Positions 12,701 to 24,700 of a stretch of DNA of 64,000 nt are shown in pieces. The notes below the pieces were generated by a model. That model saw only the letters and a list, made by a program, of their open reading frames with translations. It was not told the DNA's origin and ran no database searches. This DNA is from Zootoca vivipara (taxonomy: Eukaryota): NCBI RefSeq assembly GCF_963506605.1, contig NC_083277.1, positions 51,956,001 through 52,020,000 of the forward strand, read 5' to 3'. How positions within the stretch are numbered: position 1 is the stretch's first letter; each line of letters starts with the position of its first letter. Both the position numbers and the translations under genes were made by a program.

Positions 12701-15700
12701 AAGACATAGTGATAGGCGCAGTTCTGGAGGGCCCCAAGGAATAGGGGCGTAATAAAAAATAAGACATCCCCTGAAAATAAGCCAGTGTGGGGTTTTTTTT
12801 AAAGGAAAAATAAATATAAGACGGTGTCTTATTTTCGGAGAAACATGGTACTTTGCTCAAAATGTACCCCCAAATGGCTACTCAGTTGACTTTATTTGCT
12901 TCCGCTTCTGCATTCATTCATTCATTAGTTTGATCTACTACAGAAGAGGTTCTCAAATGCCATTCAGCTTTATTCAGGCAGTCTCATGCAAAGATTGTGG
13001 AAGAAAATATCTGTACATAGCCCTGTACTTGATTATTAGTTTTTCTGACTAAGGCTGGATTATTAAACAGCCAACACGGTCCTGGTCTACGGCCTCTGTA
13101 CTTCATTATATGCCTTTGGTATAATCTACTTAATGTTTATGCAGACCTCTAGACAGCTTAGCCTAGGGTCCATAGTTTCCACAAAGTGCTGTTTTTTACA
13201 ATGATTACTGTGCAGGAGAATGTTATTAAAATATGAGTTAGTATATTTGATTTTGTTCTCCTTCGATTTGCGGAACAAAAAAAGGCTGTTAAGTCATTCA
13301 GTGAAACCCCTAGCAATTTTTGAGAACTGTTCTACTGCAGCAATAAACAAAGGAATCTCAAAGACACAGTTTGAAAAGCCCTATACAGTTACAATGGACA
13401 CTACTAATTGGCAAATGAGTCTGTGAAGGTGTGATTACAGTCTGCACACATCCCCCAATAGTGACAGTTTTTCTCTCTTCCAATTTGTAGGTTCTTTGTA
13501 TTGGACCCACAGGAACTGGAAAGACCCTCACAATAGCAGATGAGCTTCTGAAGAACCTGCCACTAGAATTTATCAGCCATTTTCTTATGTTCTCTGCTCG
13601 AACCTCAGCCAACCAAACTCAAGATCTCATTGACAGCAAACTGGATAAAAGGCAAATTTCTTCGTTGCAATATTTCTGCTGCTGACATCCCACTTTGTTC
13701 ATATTTATTTTATTTGCTTTTTTAGCATTTATTAGCAATCCTTTCCAAATTTGCTAAAGAAATTTAAGCACAAAAATGTAAATGATTTAAAATCAAAGTA
13801 TAGCTATTTCCCCATCCTGGGAGTGATAGCAGAAACGTCTGGCTGATCAACACTCCCATAGAGTTAGTTCAGTGGGCAAACAGGAATTGGATATACGCTG
13901 ATTGAATGCTCTGGCCCTGGGGATTCCTACTTATTTCTGAGTCACTGGATATTTTGATAATAGTAAACAATCACATACCCTGAATGGAAAACACTGGGTC
14001 GTTCATTGAGTCGCCCCTTGAACTTGGAGGTTTTATTCATATCTATTCAGATTTGCAGCCATACTGTGTTTTACTTATGTTATTCAACATTGATTATCTA
14101 GTGACCTTTAGCAGAAAGTTCATAAGAGCACAAGATGAGAAGCCTCACTGGCTCAGAGCAAAGGCCAACCTAGTCCATCTTCTTCTTCTTAAGGTAGTCA
14201 GCCATATGCCTATGGGAAGCCTTCAAGCAGGAGCTGGGTGCAACAGCACTCTCCAAACTTGTGGCTCCTACAAACTGGCATTCAGATGCACATTGCTTCT
14301 CATAGTGGAGGTAGTATTCATGGAAATAATTCATAGAATTGTAGAGTTGGAAGGGACCCCATGGATCATCTATGCAGGAATATGCAGCTGTCCAAAACAA
14401 GGATTGAACCTGTGGCCTTGGTGTTGTCAGCACCATGCTCTAACCAACTGAGCCATAGTGGGGAGGTATGTTTATACATGGTATACATACAGCAACACTC
14501 TTGTGTTTCTTTTTGCTACAATTGCTGTTATTGCTGCTGTTACAATGTCTTGCCCACCCTTCACCATAAGGTTCCTGGGCAGGTTACAGTAATTAAAAAA
14601 TGCAATATTAACAACAGTTTAAAACAAATTACAGTTCTAGGAATAGGGTGAATCCTAAAAATATATATTGCAAGCATCAATAGTGTAGGTGCCAGGAGGG
14701 AATTAGGGCTGCCATAAACAATGCCCCCTTTCCTGGGCTCCAGCCCCACAAACATCTGAGGGTGCTTGAACTACCAAGAGTTCCCTGTTTGCTGATCTTG
14801 GTATGCAAGAGTCAAGATCAGCACTGAGGAGCATATTCTACACTTGAGAGGTTAATTATTTTCCTTAGATTATACATGGATTCACCAACCAATCGACAGG
14901 CTCATCATGTTAAATGTATAGTCTCTTCAGCAGCCTTTTTTTCCAAATTGTACCTTGACTGCAGTATTTTCATCATGTGTTCCACTCTGTGATGTAGTTT
15001 TTATTCTTGTCTGGTTCTGTATAGGCGCAAGGGAGTTTTTGGCCCTCCACTTGGCAGATACTTCATATTTTTCATTGATGACCTGAACATGCCCGCACTA
15101 GAGACCTATGGTGCCCAGCCACCTATTGAGCTTCTTCGGCAATGGATGGATCATAATGGCTGGTACGATAGGAAACAAATTGGTATGACATACTTTCTTT
15201 ACTTAATTTACCTAATTATTCTATAGAAAAATACTTTCTGTTCCAGGCCAGCCAGGCTAGTTCTAAAGTAACCTTCCTCTGGTGTACATACAGCTTCCCC
15301 CCCCCCACTGGAGTCTTGGCATTCATATATTCTCTCATTTTTCTGCGGAATGTTTTGTCAGGTACCTTTAAGAAATTGGTAGATATTAACTTTGTTGGTG
15401 CCATGGGACCTCCGGGTGGAGGAAGAAATGCAATCAGCCCACGCCTCACCCGCCATTTCAACTATCTATCTTTCACTGAGCTGGAGGATAGCAGCAAGAA
15501 GAAAATCTTTTCCACCATTCTAGACAGTTGGATGGGTGAGTTATGAGAATACATTTCCCCCTTTTTTACATAGCTCTCATATGCCATGTGACTGAGAAAT
15601 GTTTGATAGTGGAATGTGACACCACTTTTCTTTCTTGGTTATTTTAGCTGGACGTCTAGGAGAAGTATGTTACAGAGAGCCAGTTCGTAAGTAACCTGAG

Positions 15701-18700
15701 CACAAGTTAATGGATTGTCTATGTAAGGCTTGAGGAAATAAGTCATTTGTTTGATGGTGATGATAGACGATTTTGGACCAAAAGCATCAGGAAAGTGGTT
15801 TTTGCTTCAGCAGATGGATGCCCATCTCTTCAAACACAATAACATGAATAAACTTAAGTATGCCAATTTTTGGCTTACCCAAGGGAGCTCCATACTTTAT
15901 GCTGCAGGAAGCATGTGACTTGTGGACAACACCCATGTGTTTGTGCTACAGCCTGCCAATTGATTATACATGCATGTATCTCACAAGATAGTTCCCTGGC
16001 AGCCACATTATGGAGAAAATGAAAATTTTGGGTTGTCTCCACATTACCTCAAAGTAAGATAGTAATAGAAACAGACCCTTCTGTATTTTTTCTAATCTGG
16101 TTTAAACAATTCTCGCTCAGCAGGTGCCAGTTTCTCTAGTTGGAAAACTTGAGTTTTTGATATGGGGATAATGTATGCAGAATTCTTAACAGCGCAAGAA
16201 CAAATCTGGGGTTAAGCTGAATTTTAATCTTGACAAGATCGAAGTCCTGTGGGTTGGTGGTTCCCAGGTTCAGGAATTGGATAGTATGCTTGTCCTGTGT
16301 GGGGTCCCATTCCTCACAAAGGAGCAGGTGTGTAGTCTGCTGGTACTCCGGGAAACGTCTCAGTCACTGGAAGCCTGGGTGGCTGCAGTGCCTTTTACCA
16401 GGTCTGTCTCGTATTCAAACTGCAACTGCAACCATTTCAAGAACAAACCTCATGTTTAGTGAGGAAAGAACTTGACCATGAGTTCCAGTTCAGATGGCAC
16501 ACTAAGCCGAACATTTGCTTCACTCAGCACAGCATGGAAGCAAAAAAGGGCTGAGGAGGAGAAAAGTGGCTACGAGCTGGTTTCTGGGGGCCTGCCAGAG
16601 TTTGGCTTACGATGTTGCATGGACCATGTTATACAAGCCGTTGTTAGAATTCTGTTTATCTCTGCTTAAGTTATTAGCTGCATTTTAATTGTACTATGAT
16701 TTAATTTTGGTATGCTACCTTGAGACTGATGTGGGAGGCAGTATAAAAAGTCTTAATTAATAAGTTGTGTGGTTGTACTACAACTGCACATTGGGCAGTA
16801 ATATAGATTATGAGGATGGGGAATAGCTTCTGTGAGATAAAGTCATTGGTAAATCTATTTTAGCTACGGTGATCTCACTATGTCTCAAGCTAGCCTGCCC
16901 TATTTCTATGTGACCACTCATGGTTCTCCCTTTCCTGAAAAGCCCCCGCTGCAATGCTGACCATCTTTTGGGTTTTTTAGCTGGATGCCCACAGGTGCAG
17001 GACTTAAGCGAACCCCTTGTTGATGCAACTATACGAGTGTATTCCACTATCACATCCCAACTGTTGCCTACTCCAGCAAAATCTCACTATACGTTTAATC
17101 TGAGGGATCTCTCCAAGGTTTTCCAGGGCATGCTCATGGCAGAACCTGCCAAAATTATGGTAAGTGCTCCCTTCACAATATCTGCTCTGTGACAGGAATT
17201 TTAGTTGCTGGAAATTGCATAATTGAATAGTTATCCCTTTGTTGTGTGCATTGCATACCACTGCACTAAGTGCAAGCAATAATGCACAATCTAGGCCTGA
17301 TTGTGGGGATCTGGGTCAAAATATTGGGGTTGCTTTTTTCCTCTCTTGTTGGCAGCAGCAAGTGTATCACACCTCTTTCATTCACTCATAGTCCTCCTAC
17401 CTCAGGAGAACTTCATTCTGCAGTATCCATGGTAGAGCTTTACTACAAACCCAGTACAATCGAGCTTGGGTGTCCACGAGTCCCTCATATATCTAGTGAT
17501 AAAATCTGAGTGCATGGATTTATCCGCAGAACTCCACCTCTCAATTTCCTCAAGTTTTAGCCAGCCATTCTTACAGTGCAATCCTAAGTGGGTTGTGGGT
17601 GGAGATGTGTGGCAGACTTTCTTTTTCTTTCCTTGAGTGGATCTTTATTTTTTAAAAAACAAACAAACAAACCCACTCCTTGATTCCAGTGGAAGGAGAA
17701 TTAGTTATACCAGGTCTAGACTGGCATGGGAGAGGGACCCAATTCTGGGGCCTCTCTGAAGAACAGAGGGGGTTATGATCTAGCAGATCCAAGGCCACCT
17801 CTTCTGTGCACCAGAACTCTTCATTTCAAAGCCCAACACTGACTAATTGTAGCAGAAACTCTACCAGCAGCAGAGCTAAACCCACAGAGCTTTTTGGAGA
17901 CTTATCCTGTGCTAGCAAAACTTGTCTGTGTTATGGGGAGATACCCATTATCCTCTAAACCCCTCCAATCAGCAGATCTGAGGCTTAGATTTGCTCTGGT
18001 AGTTTAGAAACATTTTCTTATAAATCTGGTTGGGAAAGGGTTGTTTTTCACACCGTAGGGTCAGTGTCTTAGGGGGAAGAATCACTGTGGAACAAGAAAT
18101 AACATTCTTTGGGCTTGTGTAAGTAATAACGAAAGGTTGTTTAAGGTTGTCACTGGAATTGTTTGCCAGGATAAAGCGGACCTGCTGAGGCTGTGGTATC
18201 ATGAGAGTTGTCGTGTGTTTCGTGACCGTCTGGTTAATGAGGAGGACCGAACTTGGTTTGATGACTTGATGAAGAGCGTGATGTCTGAATGGGATACCAC
18301 CTTTGAGGAAGTTGTTCCTTATGAGCCCCTTCTCTATGGGGATTTCATGTACCCAGGTTCTGATGTGAAGCTTTATGAATTAATTGCTGAGAGAGAGAAG
18401 GTAGGATTCATAAGATGCGTCTCCATTTTTGTACTTCTTCCAAATTACTTTCCTTTGTGCACAACATATAATATGGGTGCAGTTAATAAAAGTATTGGGT
18501 GTCCATAGTTGAGTTTCTAGAATATACTTGATGCCTATACTAGAAGTGATTATGATTTTCAGAGGAAAGAAACAACAACAAGGTTGTACAAGGATAGACT
18601 GAGCACTAGAAGCATGCTGAGAATGATAGATGAACATGGATGGAAGAGGATAGAACAGACCTAGATAATGCTGTTTCCTCTGAATGCCCCCTGTGTTCAG

Positions 18701-21700
18701 GCAAGTAATAAAGAACAGTTGGGAATCTGCTATGCAGATGACTTTAGCACAGTGCTTGGGCTTGGAGAATGCAATAAACTAGGACGAAGAACAAGTTTAA
18801 TGTTCATAGTACTGCAGTGGATGCCATTAAAAACCTGTACAGGTGACCTTTGCAAGTAATTATCCTTCCTGCAGAACTCCCAACTGGAAGGATATTGTGC
18901 ATACTGAGAAAATGTTAATTAAGCAAAGGGAAAAAATATAATGATTTTAATAAGGAGCAGTGTACTTTGCATTCACTGCCATGTAGTCAAGGATAATAAT
19001 AACAGTATGTCTTCTTTCATGATCACTAAGTGAATTATAGATAATTAATTCAGCCTCTTAGGTAGGCAGTTGTTCATCACACCCATTGGCCAGATAGATA
19101 AAATGTGGGTAAGGGATTAGATAACAATGTCCATGCTATGACACAATAGCTAAACTCAGATTGAAACTCTGAAATCCATACAAGTGTGTTGCTCTAATCC
19201 TATTGAACTTGGCTATGTTTACAGTGCGGGACACGGGTGGCACTGTGGCTTAAACCACAGAGCCTAGGGCTTGCTGATCAGAAGGTTGGCAGTTCGAATC
19301 CCTGTGACGGGGTGAGCTCCCGTTGCTCATTCCCAGCTCCTGCCAACCTAGCAGATCAAAAGCACGTCAATGTGCAAGTAGATAAATAGGTACCGCTACA
19401 GCGGGAAGGTAAACGGCGTTTCCGTGTGCTGCTGTAGTTTGCCAGAAGCCGGCTTTGTCATGCTGGCCACATGACCTGGAAGCTGTACGCCGGTTCCCTC
19501 GGTCAATAATGTTAGATGAGCGCTGCAACCCCAGAGTCAGTCACGACTGGACCTAATGGTCAGGGGTCCCATTACCTTTATGTTTACAGTGAACATTATT
19601 TAAATGGTTAAGTTTATCTGTGAAAGATTTTGGTTGGGGAATTAAGGAAAGGCTGCTTGCTCCTCTTTTTGATGGGTGTACATCCTACCTAGATCATATA
19701 TTTTCATTTTCACTAAGTAGCCTTTCTAAGACTGGGTATTTTTTTCACCACTGTCTTCCCTTATTGACAGGATCTGATGGGCATAGAGGTGAATGGCCCA
19801 TTGATTGCCTCCTCAGAGAGGCATGCTTAGTTATTGCTTCTATTCTTCTTCCTCTCTTTTTGGCTATAGCTTATGCACGTGATTGAGGAGTACATGGAGG
19901 AATACAATCAGATCAATACTACCAAGATGAAGCTAGTTCTTTTCATGGACGCTATGCAACACATTTGCCGAATCACCCGTATTCTGCGCCAGGCACTGGG
20001 CAATGCTCTTCTCTTGGGTGTTGGTGGCAGTGGAAGGCAATCTCTTACCAAATTAGCATCCCACATGTAAGATATGAATGCATATCACAGGTTTCTGAGC
20101 CAGTGGATAGTGACAGAATGATCAGAAAAGCAGTGAGCTTTAGTTTGGGGTTTTTTTTGGATTCATGTTCATTTCTACTTCTGAGTTCAATTTGCTCACA
20201 TCATATGAAGAAAGCTTGACACTGTTCATATCATGTTCCAGCTGTGCAGAAAGTGACCATAGTGAAGAAACTGGGATTTTCCTTGCCTTCCCACTCAATG
20301 TACGTGAATGCCTCCAGGTCCACCTCACATCCACTTTATAACATTGGAATATGGTCTTCGGGCCTATGCACATAGAGCCTAATGGGCACAGGCCTAATCT
20401 GTAACCATTGCCTCTCAGAATGGGAAGGGAATTGCTCAGATTCTGCCAATATGTATTAGACTTCCACATAGGCCCAATATTCTTATTCTTACTCGACAAC
20501 AAGTGATCACCAAAGAAGAAGAATAGTATTATTATTATTATTATTATTATTATTTAGTAAAAGTTATACCCTGCTTTTCACATCTGGGTCTCAGCTTACA
20601 AAAATTAAAATATAAATGCTTAGAGAGGTTTTGGTATGCCCCTCACTAATTACCTTCTCCAGCAACATGAGAAAAAGCTGTTATGTTCTACCCGAATGGT
20701 AGGAATGGTTTCACTGGTTGAAGGTCATCAGCCTTGCCCTAGTTTCTCAGCTGCTTTTGTTAAGTAGTTTTTTCTAGTTCTGTTGTAAAAATTGTTAGAT
20801 TCTTAGTCTCTTAGGGTCACTGTCATTGTTGTTTTAATTTATTAGTTGCCCTGCACCCTAAAGTTCCAAGGTAGGTTACAACAATTGTTAGAGAAGTAGA
20901 TGTTTGTTTTCTCTCTTTGTGTTTTTGTGTCTTGTTCAACTGACCTGTTAGAGTATGCCAAGGATGCAAACTGGATTCTGCAAGCTGCCTATTTCCCTCA
21001 AGTTCTTTTTCCTGCCTTTGACCACAAGGTGGCCCCGTAACTCTCACAGATTACCTTCTGCCAGTGATACACTCAGTTAGCAACCAACAATTCTTTCTGT
21101 GTCTTTCTCCCTTGTACTGTATACATATTAGCATATTGTAGCCCATGCCCTGATTATAATCATTTCCTTTTTAGAGCTGATTATGAATGTTTTCAGATAG
21201 AACTTTCCAAGAACTATGGGATATCTGACTGGAGGGAAGACCTCAAAAAGATCATGCTGAAGGCTGGTCTGCAAAACTTATCCATTACCTTTCTGTTTAC
21301 AGATACGCAGGTAATTGATGCTGTTAGGAATGAAATTTCTTCTTGCGCTGGATAGCTAAACCTTTAAATGAATGTTGCTCAGATTTGTACCAATTTTGTC
21401 ACTCACATCTCTTGTTTTATTTTCCCAACTAGTCTTAGCTTAGCAAGTTTTCTTGAAAAACTGAACTTCTATGTTTTGAGAAAAACTGTGCTGTTCCTGA
21501 TACCTGAATGACATTTCTCTTGGTGGTACTAAGAACTCTTAACTGTTAAGGAGTTAGATTATTAAACATGTTGGCCAAATTTTACACACATGGGTGCCAA
21601 GAGGTAAGAATCACAAATATAAATTACATTGATATTTGAGTACCCTGAAAACCAAAAATTGCATGGTGCCTCTGCGTACATCTGTGGCTTATCCAGATGA

Positions 21701-24700
21701 TCTGTGGTTAGATATGTTGCAGTGCAACCCTGAGGAATAGTCCCATTTACGCAACTTGTTGAAGGACAACAACCATACTTCTAGGTAGTTGTGTACTCCA
21801 GTCAACTATATCATACTGGCTCTCTGATGATGATAATAATACTACGATAATAATAATAAATAATAATAGCAGGTGGCTTACACTATGGTGTGGCACTGCA
21901 CATAAGGGAAGGAATATCAGTGTCATGATGCACTGGGTCATGCACTCAGCATCTGAAACATTGAAAACATTGCTAATAATGAGCAAAATAACACATTAGA
22001 ATGTGTAGAATAGCATAAGTATTGGGAGGAGGAAATGGAGAAGATTCTCATTACAAGCAATATCTAATAGGTGTCAGTGCCTTCTAGTAGCAATAAGTGT
22101 ACAATTGGAGGGGAATTTGCATTTTCACAGGTACAAAATACAACCCAACTAGTATTGGAGAGATGTAATGTCTCTAAAACAGATGTTTAGGGTTGATGGA
22201 TGGTAAGTGGATTGCAAGTAATAGATAGGAAGTGCATATTTATTGTCTTAAGAATGAAATGCCTAGAAAAGTGATCAGAGTCTAGGATTGGATCCAAAAG
22301 ATGGGACTCAAATGTTAGTCGAATTTCTGAATTACTACTTCACATTAACAAAGTAGGGGTTTCGCACTATTCTCTCTCTGATGCAGATTTCATCCTATCA
22401 GTTAGGCTGTTTTTCATTATTTGCACAACCAGTGTTCTCACTGTGACTTACATTTCAGAGATTTTCAATACGAAAATCTAAGTCACGAAGATGAGATCTT
22501 TAGTGGGTAAATAGACGAGATTAAAATGAAAGGACATTATTGTTGATAGAACCCTTTTAATTTTTTTCCTTTAGATTAAAAGTGAGTCCTTTCTTGAGGA
22601 TATCAACAACCTGCTGAATTCAGGAGATATACCTAACCTGTATGCCCTGGATGAACAGGACCAGATTATGACCACTATGAAACCATTAGTGCAGGACCAG
22701 GGGCTTCAACCTACCAAGGCCAACCTGATGGCTGCGTACACAGGGAGAGTACGCAGCAATATCCACACAGTCCTATGCATGAGGTATGAGCTAGCCTAGT
22801 CCATTGGGCTAAATGGTGAAGGGGGTCTCTCCAAGCTCCCAAGAGCTTTCCTTACTATCAGTGGTGATCCATGCTACAGGGGGCTGGAATATAGCAGGAA
22901 TGGGGAGCCTGTGATCCGAGAGAGAGAGAGAGAGAGAGATTACTCCTATTTGATGTGATTTTTCAATTATATTTAGGATAATAGTCTTATAGCTATGCTA
23001 TAAATCTTCAAAATAAATATCACTGCATTGAACTCTGTATCTGTAGGAGCCATGAAGTTGTGTAGCCCATAGTTTTTAGATGGATCAAAGTGTTCACTTA
23101 CAAAGTGTAGCGCCTATTCCTTCAGGAATAATGGCACATACCATAGTAGCAGCCTTTAGTTCCAATACATATGTAGAAGAGATCTGTAGGGCACCTAATT
23201 TGAATGTCAACATTTGGGATGATTGCCTTGTGGAAACCTTAATGAATATAAAGGCTTTGCTGGTGAGGTGGGAATTCTCCATCCCCAGTGGTTTAGTGTA
23301 ATATATTAGTATAAATTTTAATTGTGGTCTTCTGAATGTGCCTAGCATGGCCTTTGCTGTTAAAAGAATCCCCTGCAGTGCATCCAAACAGGAGATATTT
23401 GACTTAGTTGAAGTCTATTCTAATAAGGTTTTTCTCATTCTTTACTGCTTCCACATTCTGCAGTCCTATTGGAGAGGTATTCCGAGCACGGCTCAGACAG
23501 TTCCCATCTCTGGTGAACTGCTGTACCATTGACTGGTTTAATGAGTGGCCTGCAGAAGCCCTGCAGTCTGTTGCTGCTTCATTTTTCAATGAGATCCCAG
23601 ATGCTGATGCCACCCCTGAAATTATACAGGGAATGGTAAGTGACCTCTCTTAAATATGCTCACGACCTCAGATTTTACATATGTGCAAGGAGAAACATGA
23701 AAAAGAGAGCAATTATCTAATAATTGAATGTTTCGTTATTAGAATTCATATTGTATGAGTCACTGCTAGTGTTTGGAATAGTTGTCACTTCTCCAATTGG
23801 TCCCTGTGTTTCAAGGAAATACTCATTTCATAAATGTTTGCATTACATATTTTAACTTCTGTGCATCTTGCATGTAGCACATTTCATAGTCATTCTCTGC
23901 CTTCTTTCTGTTGAGAAACCTCTTCCAATGTCTGTTTCCTCCCCCTTATAGATTGAGATGTGTGTAGAAATCCACCAGAGCGTAGCACTTAAGTGCAAGG
24001 TGTATCTGGCAGAATTGGCAAGGCATAATTATGTCACTCCCAAAAGCTACCTGGAGCTGCTTGGCATCTTCACCACCTTGATAGGTACAAAAAAACAGGA
24101 GCTCAAAGTTGCCAAAACCAGGATGAAGAGTGGATTGGACAAGGTGGGTTGCTTGAGTCTTGGGGTTCTATCACATATGTTGAAGACTGCACTTAGAGCA
24201 ATGGACCGATTTCTCCTTTCCAGCAAAACACATCATAAAAGGTTCTGTCACAGTGGCCGGAGTGGACTACTTCAGAGTAACGACGCTACGCAGCTCTGCA
24301 TTTTATTCTTTTATTGGTGCTGCGTATTTACAGTGCTCAAGTCATTGCTATTTACACGGAGCGATGTTGTCAGTCGGTTTCAGAACCTCCTAATGGCTTT
24401 TGGCGCGTCTTTCTCCAACACAAAAGCTTTGGCAGACCCATCCTCTTGCCCCTCCTCTTCCTGCGTAATTCTGGAGTTGGGGGGATGGGTCTTCCCCCCT
24501 TACTTGCCCCTTCCTGTCCCACCTGGGACCCTGGCTCCTCTACCTTGCCTGAGCCTCGGACACGACTTCCTGCTTCCCCACTGGAATCGGAACTCTCCCT
24601 GCTTTCCCCTTTGCTCGGGGACGGGCTTGAACTCAGGAGGGGAGGGACTTCGCGATATCCCCTGTCCCTCACATCCACCCCCCTCCCAAGCTCTCCTTCA

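Noticed and set aside
11490-14455. tRNA-Lys-like and tRNA-Ile-like sequences as tRNA genes
   Set aside because: Degenerate, with missing or mutated anticodon arms, and fused to CR1 tails, so they are SINE heads
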